Under the pieces are notes generated by a model. The model searched no databases and was not told the origin of the DNA. It was given only the letters and a program-made list of their open reading frames with translations. From an uncultured Anaerolineales bacterium (GTDB lineage: Bacteria > Chloroflexota > Anaerolineae > Anaerolineales > UBA11858), in the NCBI GenBank assembly GCA_964344175.1, contig CAYFMI010000010.1:243-64242 (forward strand): a stretch of DNA of 64,000 nt. Direction: 5' to 3'. Each line of letters opens with the position of its first letter. The stretch's first letter is position 1. Positions 54,342-64,000 of this stretch are shown piece after piece. The translations under genes were made by a program, and so were the position numbers.

Positions 54342-56327
54342 ATGGCTCGTTCCGGTTTAGTAATCAAGGCATTGCGTGAACTCGGTCCCCGGCAAGTGGG
54401 GCTTTATGCCGGGTATCAACTTTTGTTGCGTTTGGGTTATTTGCGTTGGCGAACACCAGCGTCTCCGCAACCGTCGAACCCCAATGCTTGTTCGTTGTCC
54501 GCTGTAATGCCCTTGCCAGAGAGAGATATGCTGAAAAACCTATTGGGGGATGAAGGCATCGCCGATCTCATTGCTGAAGCTAACCTCGTTGTGGAGGGTC
54601 AGTTCCGCCGCTTTGGCGTGGCGCTTGCGCCCATACAAGTGACTCCCCCCGGAGAGTTGCATCACTGGGTAGACTACGAAAAGGGGTCTCAGCCGTGGGG
54701 GGCAGTGGATCCCAAATTTATCTGGGAGCCGGCTCGTTTTGGCTGGGCCTTTACCCTGGGGCGGGCATACTTTCTTAGCGGTGAAGAGCGCTTCTCAGAA
54801 ACCTTTTGGCAGCGCTTCAAAGAATTCACTAAAGCTAATCCGACGAATCTTGGCCCCAACTGGGCATCGGCGCAGGAAGTAGCCTTGCGTTTAATGGCCT
54901 TCACCTTCGCCGCTCAGATTTTCTCATCTTCGCCGCATTCAACCGATTTTCGCAAGGTGCGCCTTGCCCAAGCAATTGCCGCGCATGCCGCCCGCATCCC
55001 CCCCAGCATACTTTACGCCCGTGCCCAAAACAACAACCATTTGCTCTCCGAGGCCGCCGGGTTAATTACCGCCGCGGCCGCCTTGCCGGGGCATCCTCAG
55101 GCGCGCCGCTGGCGCAAGCTGGGCTGGAAGTGGTTCAACCGCGGCCTGATTCAGCAGATTGACCATCATGGAGCGTATAGCCAGCACAGCGCCAACTACC
55201 ACCGCCTGATGCTGCAACTGGCTTTATGGGTTAATGCACTACATCAATCCGGGAAGCCTTCGACCCGCAACCTGCAACCTGCAACCCGTTGGCTACAATG
55301 CGCCACTCGTTGGCTGATCGCCCTCGTTGATCGAAAATCGGGCCGTGTTCCCAACCTCGGCCCCAACGATGGGGCCTATATCCTCCCATTGGCCAACTTG
55401 CCCTTCACCGACTACCGCCCGGTCTTGCAGGCCGCCTCGCTGGCTTTTTTTGGCCAGCCTGCTTTTGAGCCGGGGCCGTGGGACGAAATGTTTGCCTGGT
55501 TGCATGCCGAAAGCAAAGGGTCAAACCTGCAACCTGCAACCTGCGACTTTCAATCCAATAACCCCGCTGTCTTGCGTGCCGGTCATTCCTGGGCATACCT
55601 GCGCGCCGCTCATTTCACCGGGCGACCCGGTCACGCCGACCAACTTCACCTTGATTTGTGGTGGCGCGGCCTGAATATTGCCCAGGACGCCGGGACGTAT
55701 GCCTACAATGCCAGCCCCCCCTGGGATAACGCCCTGACTCACACTGCTGTGCATAATACCCTCACCCTCAATGGACAGGAACAAATGACCCGCACCGGGC
55801 GATTTCTCTACCTGGATCAGGCGCAGGCTGAGATCATCTCGCATGACCGGGCCGATGACGGCGGCTGGGCGCGGATGGTTGCCCAACACGATGGTTATCG
55901 TAGGCTGGGCGTCATTCATCGCCGCGCTATAACAGCCTTTTCCAACGATCGCTGGCTCATCGAAGATTTTCTTGAACCTTCAACGGGGCATGCGCAGGCC
56001 GAAACTCACCTTGTTCGTCTTCATTGGCTGCTCCCCGATTTAGAATGGCGTTTTGACGAAACCATGCTGACTCTCGAAGTGCTTTCCCCTTATGGTTGGG
56101 TTTCTCTCCAGGTAGCTGCAATTGCCGACCTGCAACCGTTAACGATTAACCATCAACTTGTGCGCGCCGGTGAATTGATCGCCGGGCGCGGTGAAATTTC
56201 CCCCGCCTGGGGCTGGACCTCCCCGACCTATGCGCTTAAAGAACCGGCATTATCTTTTGCGGTAATCGTCGAGAGTTTATTGCCTCTCACATTGAAAAGC
56301 GAGTGGATTTTTCCAGCCGATGAATAA
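54342..56327 (+). CDS. heparinase II/III-family protein
   Basis: The 661-aa product contains NNHLLSEAAGL, and HADQLHLDLWW plus GTYAYN heparinase II/III-like motifs. Its context is polysaccharide biosynthesis. Confidence 0.6.
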   Translation: MARSGLVIKALRELGPRQVGLYAGYQLLLRLGYLRWRTPASPQPSNPNACSLSAVMPLPERDMLKNLLGDEGIADLIAEANLVVEGQFRRFGVALAPIQVTPPGELHHWVDYEKGSQPWGAVDPKFIWEPARFGWAFTLGRAYFLSGEERFSETFWQRFKEFTKANPTNLGPNWASAQEVALRLMAFTFAAQIFSSSPHSTDFRKVRLAQAIAAHAARIPPSILYARAQNNNHLLSEAAGLITAAAALPGHPQARRWRKLGWKWFNRGLIQQIDHHGAYSQHSANYHRLMLQLALWVNALHQSGKPSTRNLQPATRWLQCATRWLIALVDRKSGRVPNLGPNDGAYILPLANLPFTDYRPVLQAASLAFFGQPAFEPGPWDEMFAWLHAESKGSNLQPATCDFQSNNPAVLRAGHSWAYLRAAHFTGRPGHADQLHLDLWWRGLNIAQDAGTYAYNASPPWDNALTHTAVHNTLTLNGQEQMTRTGRFLYLDQAQAEIISHDRADDGGWARMVAQHDGYRRLGVIHRRAITAFSNDRWLIEDFLEPSTGHAQAETHLVRLHWLLPDLEWRFDETMLTLEVLSPYGWVSLQVAAIADLQPLTINHQLVRAGELIAGRGEISPAWGWTSPTYALKEPALSFAVIVESLLPLTLKSEWIFPADE

Positions 56328-57012
56328 CCGCCGCACAGTCATTGAACAACTTGCCGATCGCATCGTGGCCGTACAACGCGAGCACCCTGTCCGCGTGGCC
56401 ATAGACGGTGTGGATGCCGCCGGAAAAACCTTTCTTGCAGATGAACTTGTTGAGCCGATTGAAGCCCGCGCCCGCAAGGTGATGCGTGCCTCGGTAGATG
56501 GCTTCCACAACCCGGGCGCGATTCGCTATCGTCTGGGCGCAGACTCCCCTGAAGGATATTACCGGGATTCGTTCAATCACAGGGCGATCCTCGAACACTT
56601 GCTGCTGCCCCTCGGGCCAGGGGGGAATCGCCAATATTACCGGGCGTTGTTCGATCATCAGGAAGACGCGCCCACCTCCGCGCTGCGCCGCGAGGCTCCC
56701 TCCGATGCGGTATTATTATTCGACGGCGTTTTTCTCTTGCGGCCCGAACTTGCGCCCTTTTGGGATTTCTCCATTTTCATCGAGGTCGATTTTCATACCG
56801 CCGTCCCCCGCGCAGTGCAGCGTGATCTTCAAAATGGAGCGGGGCTTGTTGAACAGACCCTCACTGATCGATATATGCGGCGCTACGTCCCTGGGCAGCA
56901 GATCTACTTTCAGGAGGCCCGGCCACAACAAAACGCCAATGTTCGTTTGGTTAATAACGATTTCGAGAACTCCGAAATTATCTGGCTTTCAAGTGAGGAA
57001 CAACACGTATGA
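56320..57012 (+). CDS. P-loop kinase (uridine kinase/PRK-family-like)
   Basis: The Walker A-like motif is IDGVDAAGKTFLADEL. Confidence 0.5.
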   Translation: MNNRRTVIEQLADRIVAVQREHPVRVAIDGVDAAGKTFLADELVEPIEARARKVMRASVDGFHNPGAIRYRLGADSPEGYYRDSFNHRAILEHLLLPLGPGGNRQYYRALFDHQEDAPTSALRREAPSDAVLLFDGVFLLRPELAPFWDFSIFIEVDFHTAVPRAVQRDLQNGAGLVEQTLTDRYMRRYVPGQQIYFQEARPQQNANVRLVNNDFENSEIIWLSSEEQHV

Positions 57013-57374
57013 ATATACATTCAAAATGGGTGGGGGCGTTTTTCTTAATGGTGGGTGTAACCGCACTCTATGTTCTGGTTATGCGTTTTATGCCCTTCGG
57101 TGAGAGCATGGCGGGACACCCGCTGGACTGGCTGATCCCGGCCCTTAAGTACGTTGCTTTCGCCGATCTGTTCACATTTCTTGGAGTCTTGTTTCTCAGT
57201 CAGGCTCCCGATAGAATGTGGTCACTCGGTGAGTTGTTCTCTTTGCAATGGTGGCAGGCTGAATGGGTCTCGCAAAATTTTCGCTTTCTCTTGAGGCTGG
57301 GTGTGGTCTTTTATCTTGGAGCCATCGCGGTTGATTTTGTATATAAGCTCACTCAGGCCTCTGGATTAATCTAA
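57009..57374 (+). CDS. small membrane protein, unknown function
   Basis: The 121-aa product has 3-4 hydrophobic helices. An ATGA overlap joins it to the upstream gene. Confidence 0.4.
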   Translation: MNIHSKWVGAFFLMVGVTALYVLVMRFMPFGESMAGHPLDWLIPALKYVAFADLFTFLGVLFLSQAPDRMWSLGELFSLQWWQAEWVSQNFRFLLRLGVVFYLGAIAVDFVYKLTQASGLI

Positions 57375-57377
57375 CCG

Positions 57378-58610
57378 ATGCATATGCTCCTCATCCACCA
57401 GGCCTTTGCCGCCCTCGATGAACCGGGGGGAACACGCCATCATGAAATTGCCCGTTATTTGGTCAAGCGGGGGCATCGCGTTACTATTATTGCCAGTCCG
57501 GTCAGCTATTTGACAGGCACTTCACCGCCGCCCCCCACACCGGCAGAAGGGGGGCGGGAGGGGGAAGATAGTGCGTTAACCATTTTGCGCGCTTACACTT
57601 ATCCCGCCTTGCACAAAAGTTTTGTGCACCGGGTCTTTAGCTTTTTTAGCTTCATGGTTTCTTCTTTCATCACGGGCTTACGCGTGGACGATGTCGACCT
57701 GGTTTGGGGCACCTCCCCGCCCATCTTTCAGGCAGTGACGGCCTGGCTGCTGGCCTCTCTCAAACGAGTTCCCTATCTATTGGAGGTGCGCGACCTCTGG
57801 CCGGATTTTGCCATTGCTGTGGGAGTGCTGCGCAACCGCCCCCTGATTGCCGCTTCGCAATGGCTGGAAAAATTGCTCTACCGCCGGGCGGATCGCCTAT
57901 TAGTGAACTCGCCGGGTTTCATCACGCACATTCAACAACGCGGCGGTCAAGATATTGCCCTGGTGCCCAATGGGGCTGACCCGCGCATGTTCGATCCTGC
58001 CGCCGATGGGGCAGAGTTCCGCCGCGCCCATACCCTGGAGGGAAAGTTTGTCGCGCTCTACGCCGGGGCGCATGGCATGTCGAATGACTTGGGCATTGTG
58101 CTGGAAGCCGCCGCACAGCTTGCCGATCAGCCAAAAATTGAGGTGGTCTTGCTGGGAGACGGGAAGGACAAAGCCCAGCTTATCCACCGCGCCTCGGCGC
58201 TCGGTCTCTCTAATGTGAAATTTGTCCCCTCCGTTCCAAAAAAAGAGATGGATGTCGCACTGGCCGCCGCCGATGCCTGTATCGCTATTCTCAAACCGAT
58301 TGAGATGTATAAAACGGTCTACCCAAATAAAGTTTTTGATTATATGGCCGCCGGGCGTCCGGTGATCTTGGCTATTGATGGGGTCGTTCGGGAAGTGGTT
58401 GACCAGGCTCAGGCAGGCATCTTCGTTCCACCCGGCGATGCGGATGCCCTCGCAGAGGCCATCCGCTTTTTGGCAGGCAACCGCCGAGAGGGGGAGCGCA
58501 TGGGGGCCAGAGGGCGTCAATATATCGAGACGCATTTCGATCGCCAGAAATTATCGGCCCAAATGGTAGATATCCTTGAGACGCTGGTCAAGAAAACCAA
58601 TCCAAGCTAG
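57378..58610 (+). CDS. family 4 (GT-B, WbuB-like) glycosyltransferase
   Basis: The N-terminus is LLIHQAF...EPGGTRHHE. The C-terminal region has the EX7E-type sequence YPNKVFDYMAAGRPVI. Confidence 0.75.
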   Translation: MHMLLIHQAFAALDEPGGTRHHEIARYLVKRGHRVTIIASPVSYLTGTSPPPPTPAEGGREGEDSALTILRAYTYPALHKSFVHRVFSFFSFMVSSFITGLRVDDVDLVWGTSPPIFQAVTAWLLASLKRVPYLLEVRDLWPDFAIAVGVLRNRPLIAASQWLEKLLYRRADRLLVNSPGFITHIQQRGGQDIALVPNGADPRMFDPAADGAEFRRAHTLEGKFVALYAGAHGMSNDLGIVLEAAAQLADQPKIEVVLLGDGKDKAQLIHRASALGLSNVKFVPSVPKKEMDVALAAADACIAILKPIEMYKTVYPNKVFDYMAAGRPVILAIDGVVREVVDQAQAGIFVPPGDADALAEAIRFLAGNRREGERMGARGRQYIETHFDRQKLSAQMVDILETLVKKTNPS

Positions 58611-58619
58611 TACAGCCCT

Positions 58620-60962
58620 ATGGATTCTCAGATTGTCATCACGCTGGTTATATTGGGAAGTGCGGTGCTGCTATTTGTCACCGAACGGCTGCGCATCGAT
58701 CTGATTGCCCTGTTGGTGATGAGCGCTTTGGCGTTGACGGGTTTACTTGACCCCATAGATGCCCTTTCGGGATTCAGCAACCCGGCTGTGGTGACAGTTT
58801 GGGCGGTTTTTATCATTAGCGGGGCATTATCGAAAACTGGTGTCGCTAATATCATCGGGTGGCAAATCCTGAAATATGCCGGTACGGGGGAAATGCGAAT
58901 TACTTTGCTGATTATGCTAATCGCCGCAATTCTTTCGGCTTTTATGAACAATATTGGCGTGGCGGCTTTGTTGCTTCCGGTCGTGATGGATATTGCTCGA
59001 CAGACCAAGCGCCCCCCATCAAAACTGCTGATGCCCCTGGCATTTAGTTCCTTGCTCGGAGGGCTGATGACACAGATTGGCACACCGCCCAATATCCTCA
59101 TCAGCAGCACGCTCGAAGCAAATGATCTGCGCCCCTTTGGGATGTTCGATTACACGCCAATAGGCCTGGCGGTGACGTTGGCTGGTTTGTTGTTTATGAT
59201 CTTTATCGGTCGTCACCTCTTGCCAGATCGTCACCCGGCAAGCGTTGTCCATCACTCGTCGGTTGAACAATTGGGACAACTTTATAATTTACAACAACGC
59301 ATGTTTGTGCTGCGCCTGCCCGCGAACTCGATGCTCGCTGGTCAATCTCTGGCGGACAGCCGTTTAGGGGCAGTATTGGGATTGAATGTCGCGGCAATCA
59401 TCCGTAATGGAAAAATTAATCCGGCCCCTCAACCAGCGGATATTCTTTTAGGCGGAGATCAATTGCTGGTGACCGGGCATGCAGAAAGTCTGACGGATAT
59501 TCAGAATCACCATCCGATGCGCCTGGACGACCAGGAACTATCTATTGAGCAGTTTACATCTGAAAATCTCGCCTTCACTGAAGTAAGATTGCAGAAGAAC
59601 TTCATCGGGGTGGGGCGCTCGATTCAAGAGATTGAGTTCCGACAGCAATTTGATGTGTTAGTGCTGGCAATCTGGCGGCAGGAGCACCCTATCTATTCCG
59701 CCTTCGATAATCTACCCCTCGAAGCGGAGGATCGGTTGCTGGTACTAGGATATCGCAACAGCATTGCAACACTAAAGGAAGCGCGGGGTGTGCGCGTTGG
59801 GGCGGCATCGTCAGATAAGATCACTCAATTGGGCAAGCACTTGATGCGGCTTTATATTCCCCCCGAATCGACATTGGTGGGGAAGACATTGGGCGAAAGC
59901 CGTCTGGCGGAAACCTTTGGCCTGGCGGTTTTGGGCATTGTGCGTCAAGGCAGCCTGATGATGTTGCCTGCCGCGCTAGATAGGGTGCAAGCTGGGGATA
60001 TGCTCCTTGTGCGAGGAGAATCCGATTCGTTAATGGCCCTGGATGATTTGCAAGACTTGCAGGTTTCTTCGGAGGAGATGCCCGGGCTTTCTCAACTAGA
60101 ATCGGCTCAGGTTGGCCTCGTCGAGGCAATTTTGTCGCCGCATACCACCCTGGTTGGAAGAACCTTACGCCAGTTACATTTCCGCGAAAAATATGGCCTG
60201 AGTGTGCTGGCCTTGTTGCGCGGTGGACATCCTTACCGGACAAACTTGCGTGATATGCGCCTTCGTTTGGGCGATGCCCTGTTGTTACATGGCCCGTGGC
60301 AAAAGATGAAGATGTTGGCTGCCGATGACGATTTCCTCGTGCTGACCGATGAGATCCAAGAGTCGCCGCGCCTGAAGAAGATGCCAATAGCCCTGCTGAT
60401 TCTCGCGGGGGTGTTGATCCCCGTGATTATGGGATGGCTGCCCATTTATGTTGCGGCTGTTGCTGGTGCATCGCTGATGATCTTGACGGGGTGTTTAAAT
60501 ATGGAAGAAGCTTATCGGTATATTGAATGGAATGCTGTATTTCTAATTGCCGGTATGCTCCCTTTGGGCATTGCCATGCAGCAAAGCGGTACGGCGCAAT
60601 TCCTCGCTGGCGGCGTGGTGGCTTTTGTGGGGGCTTGGGGACCACTGGCGATTGCTGCAGCGTTGTTTCTGATTGCTGTCTTGGCTTCTCAATTTATGCC
60701 CAACGCTGCCACGGCGGTCTTGCTGGCGCCAATTGCCTTGAATGCCGCCGCCGATTTGGGGATTTCCCCCTACCCGTTGATGATGACGGTCGCTATCGCC
60801 GCATCGGCATCGTTCCTAAGCCCGGTGGGGCATGCTGCCAATGTGTTGGTGTTAGGCCCTGGGGGATACCGGTTTTACGACTATCTAAAAGTGGGCATTC
60901 CCTTAACCCTTGTGGTAATGGGTGTCGTACTGCTCGTTTTGCCCATCCTTTGGCCCTTTTGA
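58620..60962 (+). CDS. SLC13/DASS-family permease with central TrkA-C (RCK_C) domains
   Basis: Polytopic N- and C-terminal halves contain SAFMNNIGVAALLLP and SQFMPNAATAVLLAP. Between them lie four repeats of the type GQSLADSRLG...GDQLLV. Confidence 0.75.
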   Translation: MDSQIVITLVILGSAVLLFVTERLRIDLIALLVMSALALTGLLDPIDALSGFSNPAVVTVWAVFIISGALSKTGVANIIGWQILKYAGTGEMRITLLIMLIAAILSAFMNNIGVAALLLPVVMDIARQTKRPPSKLLMPLAFSSLLGGLMTQIGTPPNILISSTLEANDLRPFGMFDYTPIGLAVTLAGLLFMIFIGRHLLPDRHPASVVHHSSVEQLGQLYNLQQRMFVLRLPANSMLAGQSLADSRLGAVLGLNVAAIIRNGKINPAPQPADILLGGDQLLVTGHAESLTDIQNHHPMRLDDQELSIEQFTSENLAFTEVRLQKNFIGVGRSIQEIEFRQQFDVLVLAIWRQEHPIYSAFDNLPLEAEDRLLVLGYRNSIATLKEARGVRVGAASSDKITQLGKHLMRLYIPPESTLVGKTLGESRLAETFGLAVLGIVRQGSLMMLPAALDRVQAGDMLLVRGESDSLMALDDLQDLQVSSEEMPGLSQLESAQVGLVEAILSPHTTLVGRTLRQLHFREKYGLSVLALLRGGHPYRTNLRDMRLRLGDALLLHGPWQKMKMLAADDDFLVLTDEIQESPRLKKMPIALLILAGVLIPVIMGWLPIYVAAVAGASLMILTGCLNMEEAYRYIEWNAVFLIAGMLPLGIAMQQSGTAQFLAGGVVAFVGAWGPLAIAAALFLIAVLASQFMPNAATAVLLAPIALNAAADLGISPYPLMMTVAIAASASFLSPVGHAANVLVLGPGGYRFYDYLKVGIPLTLVVMGVVLLVLPILWPF

Positions 60963-61122
60963 TCACCCCAAAGGGAGTCCGCTGCACCCTGCCCAGTAAG
61001 ATGCACCCACTGGTGAGCGTCAAAACCCAAACGTTAGAAGCATGTTAATATCCGGGTGCCTGCCAGTAAATTACTACCAGCTTAGATGATAGATTGGTAT
61101 AATTTATTCGCCATTTTGGCCT

Positions 61123-63006
61123 ATGAAAGTTTTGGAGGTATCAGTGGATTCATCTAGAAACCGATCTTCGTTCGTCTATATTTTGTTTATTATCGCTATC
61201 GCGATTCTCTTGTTCTTTAACTATCGTCAAAATACCGTTGCCCAAGAAGCCCTGACAATCAACGAGTTGGCTGTGCAGATTCAGCGCGGTGAAGTTGCCC
61301 GGGTGATCAGTGATGAAAATGAGATCCGCGTAATTTATGAGGATGGCAATGAGGGCATTACGTATAAAGAACCGGCTTCGACCCTGGTTGAGCAGTTGAT
61401 AACCTTTGGGGTCAGTGCCCAGGATTTGAACTCGGAAAATATTAAAGTCGAAATTCAGCCCCCCGGACAATGGGTGGGGATTGTTACGGTTTTAAGTTAT
61501 ATCGCCCCGATTGTATTGTTAGGCGCTATGTTCTGGTTCATCTTCCGGCAGGCGCAGGGCGGCAATAACGCGGCCATGGCTTTTGGAAAATCTCGGGCAC
61601 GCATGTTCTCTGGCGATCAACCGACGGTGACATTTGAAGATGTTGCCGGGGTAGAAGAAGCCAAGATCGAATTGGAAGAAGTCGTTGAATTCTTGCAGGA
61701 ACCGGAAAAATTCATTGCTCTGGGGGCGCGCATTCCTAAAGGTGTGCTGCTGGTCGGCCCGCCAGGGACAGGCAAAACCCTGTTGGCGAAAGCGGTTTCG
61801 GGTGAGGCGGGTGTGCCGTTCTTCTCGATCTCCGGTTCGGAGTTCGTTGAGATGTTCGTAGGCGTCGGCGCCAGCCGCGTGCGCGATTTGTTTGATCAGG
61901 CCAAACGTCACTCGCCTTGCATTGTCTTTGTCGATGAGATCGACGCCGTTGGCCGTCAGCGCGGTGCCGGTTTAGGGGGTAGTCACGATGAGCGCGAACA
62001 AACCCTCAATCAGATGCTGGTTGAAATGGATGGCTTTGATACCGATACCAATGTCATCATTGTCGCCGCCACCAACCGCCCCGATGTCCTGGATCCGGCG
62101 CTGCTGCGACCGGGTCGCTTCGACCGCCGGGTGGTGCTAGACCGCCCCGACCTGCGTGGGCGCGAAGCAATTCTCAAAATCCATGTGCGCGGCAAACCCC
62201 TCGATCCCGAAGTAGATCTAACCGTGCTGGCACGGGCAACCCCCGGCTTTGTAGGTGCAGATATTGAGAACCTGGTCAATGAGGGCGCCATTCTGGCTGC
62301 CCGGCGCGATAAAACCATGATCGGTCAGAGCGAGTTCGAAGAAGCCATCGAGCGAGTGATTGCCGGGCCTGAACGCAAGAGCCGCCTGATCAGCGATGAA
62401 GAAAAGCGCATTATCGCCTATCACGAGGCCGGTCATGCCGTTGTCACCAACGCGCTACCAGAAGGTGACCCGGTGCATAAGGTTTCCATTACGGCGCGCG
62501 GTCAGGCCGGTGGGTACACGCTGATCTTGCCGGAAGAAGACCGCACCTTGATGGCGCGTAAAAAGATGATTGCCAGCATGGTCGGCTTATTGGGCGGGCG
62601 CGCCGCCGAAGAATTGGTTTTCAACGACATTACTTCGGGCGCCTCGAACGATCTCGAGCGGGTTACTCGTATGGCCCGAACAATGGTCACCCGTTTGGGG
62701 ATGAGCGAAAACCTCGGCCCAATGGTTTACGGGCAAAAAGAAGAATTGGTTTTCTTGGGGCGCGAGATCTCCGAGCAGCGCGATTATTCAGAAGCGGTTG
62801 CCGAGAAAATCGACCAGGAAGTGCGCAGTCTGGTGAGTGACGCTTACCAGCGCGCCAAGCAGATTCTGACCCAATATCGCGACAAGCTGGATGTTGTTGC
62901 TGAAAAGCTGATGGAAGTTGAAACCATCACCCGCGAAGAATTCGAAACATTATTCCCCGCTCCAGTGGAAAAGAACGGCGGTACGCCTATTCCACAGGCT
63001 GCCTAA
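61123..63006 (+). CDS. ftsH: ATP-dependent zinc metalloprotease FtsH
   Basis: Walker A is GPPGTGKT and Walker B is IVFVDEID. The SRH region, the HEAGH zinc motif and two N-terminal TM helices are present. Confidence 0.95.
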   Translation: MKVLEVSVDSSRNRSSFVYILFIIAIAILLFFNYRQNTVAQEALTINELAVQIQRGEVARVISDENEIRVIYEDGNEGITYKEPASTLVEQLITFGVSAQDLNSENIKVEIQPPGQWVGIVTVLSYIAPIVLLGAMFWFIFRQAQGGNNAAMAFGKSRARMFSGDQPTVTFEDVAGVEEAKIELEEVVEFLQEPEKFIALGARIPKGVLLVGPPGTGKTLLAKAVSGEAGVPFFSISGSEFVEMFVGVGASRVRDLFDQAKRHSPCIVFVDEIDAVGRQRGAGLGGSHDEREQTLNQMLVEMDGFDTDTNVIIVAATNRPDVLDPALLRPGRFDRRVVLDRPDLRGREAILKIHVRGKPLDPEVDLTVLARATPGFVGADIENLVNEGAILAARRDKTMIGQSEFEEAIERVIAGPERKSRLISDEEKRIIAYHEAGHAVVTNALPEGDPVHKVSITARGQAGGYTLILPEEDRTLMARKKMIASMVGLLGGRAAEELVFNDITSGASNDLERVTRMARTMVTRLGMSENLGPMVYGQKEELVFLGREISEQRDYSEAVAEKIDQEVRSLVSDAYQRAKQILTQYRDKLDVVAEKLMEVETITREEFETLFPAPVEKNGGTPIPQAA

Positions 63007-63020
63007 GGGTTCTATGATTG

Positions 63021-63058
63021 CGGGGTGTGCGCCGGTGATGGGCACACCCCGTTTTTTG
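63021..63058 (+). terminator. rho-independent terminator after ftsH
   Basis: GGGGTGTGC, an 11-nt loop, GCACACCCC, then GTTTTTT. Confidence 0.75.
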
Positions 63059-63074
63059 TTAAGGGTAGGTTGTG

Positions 63075-64000
63075 ATGCAAACTCTGCAAGGCTATCAGGC
63101 GGCATTAGAAGGGGCTGTATATTATCAAATCCCTGTTTCGGGGTATCTTCGAGTTGGCGGCAGCGATCGGATGGATTTCCTCCAGCGCCAAACCAGCAAC
63201 GATGTGCGCGCATTGACGCCAGACCGCGCCATAATGTCTGTACTCACCTCGCCGACGGCGCGCATTTTAGATCTCTTCTGGTTTGTCGAAGATGCAGACG
63301 CGATAGGCGTTGTGACATTGCCGGGGCGCGCCGCAGCAACGGAACATTTCTTGCGCAGCCGCATTTTCTTCAATGACGATGTCACACTGGAAAATGCCAG
63401 CGCCAATTGGGGTCAAATCATTCTGGATGGCCCAGGTGTGCCCGTCGTTCTTAATTCGTTGGGGATGCCCCTTCCGGAGATGGGGGAAGTTTCTCAAATA
63501 GAATTTCAGGTTGCCGCAGGCAAACTCATTGGTCAGGCGGGCTTTTCACAAACGACTGTCCGCATCTTATATCCTCAAGAGCATCTCGATGCCTTTGAGC
63601 AATCTCTGTCTGACGCCGGCGCGCAGGCCTTGGATGATGATGCTTTCCATATCCTGCGTGTTGAAAACGGATTGCCCGGTGAAGCGGGCGAGCTGACCGA
63701 TAATTACACCCCCCTGGAAGTTGGCTTGCAAGAAGCAGCCATCTCGATGGACAAAGGTTGTTATACCGGCCAAGAGATAATTGCCCGTCAGGTCAATTTT
63801 GACAAGATCACGCGGCATTTAGCTGGGCTGCGCGTAAGCGCTCCTGTTAATGTGGATGATCCTGTGCTGTTCGATGGCAAGTCTCGGGGCGCTATCACTT
63901 CATTCGCCGTCTCGCCCCGTTTTGGCAATATTGCCCTGGCGGTACTCAAACGCGCCTCTGTAGAAAGCGGCACATCTGTTACTATCGGTGAAACGACCGG
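63075..64000 (+). CDS. folate-binding GcvT/YgfZ-family (aminomethyltransferase-like) protein, 3'-truncated by window edge
   Basis: I translated this by hand from ATG 63075; it is absent from the ORF track because no stop is reached. The motifs are RVGGSDRMDFLQRQTSNDV and KGCYTGQEIIAR. Confidence 0.65.
   Translation, partial: MQTLQGYQAALEGAVYYQIPVSGYLRVGGSDRMDFLQRQTSNDVRALTPDRAIMSVLTSPTARILDLFWFVEDADAIGVVTLPGRAAATEHFLRSRIFFNDDVTLENASANWGQIILDGPGVPVVLNSLGMPLPEMGEVSQIEFQVAAGKLIGQAGFSQTTVRILYPQEHLDAFEQSLSDAGAQALDDDAFHILRVENGLPGEAGELTDNYTPLEVGLQEAAISMDKGCYTGQEIIARQVNFDKITRHLAGLRVSAPVNVDDPVLFDGKSRGAITSFAVSPRFGNIALAVLKRASVESGTSVTIGETT

Overview
This is a bacterial chromosomal window using the standard genetic code; TGA is an ordinary stop in many genes here. 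I found no rRNA, tRNA, CRISPR, transposase or phage genes. Taxon and GC content were not computed.

**Flanks.** Both flanks carry housekeeping and cell-envelope genes.
- Left flank (1-9.8 kb): a creatininase-family fragment, ridA, an OmpR-type two-component system, and a polysaccharide or peptidoglycan block (GT2, polyprenyl-phosphate sugar transferase, SDR epimerase, CapD-like dehydratase, FemAB-like).
- Right flank (46-64 kb): selA, an M24 peptidase, tsaD, a UPF0316 protein, an M29 aminopeptidase, a second polysaccharide block (bi-domain oxidoreductase, heparinase II/III, P-loop kinase, GT4), an SLC13/TrkA-C permease, ftsH, and a partial GcvT/YgfZ-like gene.

**Central island (about 9.9-46 kb).** This region looks accessory.
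- It holds ten c-type cytochrome genes. I counted about 79 heme-binding motifs by eye.
- It has three putative quinol-oxidising membrane modules: a heptaheme/cytochrome b fusion, a nonaheme plus cytochrome b/c pair, and an octaheme plus NrfC-like plus NrfD-like trio.
- Two of the cytochromes are predicted lipoproteins with unusual N-terminal stalks. One stalk is collagen-like GXY repeats and the other is Cys-Pro rich.
- Sulfur or selenium trafficking genes are present: YeeE/YedE, rhodaneses, DsrE-like, TusE/DsrC-like and SQR-like plus DUF1641.
- Regulators are duplicated: 2 ArsR, 2 LysR, 2 NarL-type two-component systems, and 1 XRE-cupin.

**Most notable observations.** Two in-frame TGA codons look like selenocysteine recoding.
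- One TGA joins a signal-bearing monoheme ORF to a signal-less decaheme ORF.
- The other sits in a YeeE/YedE-rhodanese fusion, at a position where I recall a conserved Cys in the family.
- selA is encoded just outside the island.

**Other elements.** A roughly 157-bp MITE/REP-like repeat occurs twice, bracketing about 41 kb. Shared operator-like motifs link several island promoters.
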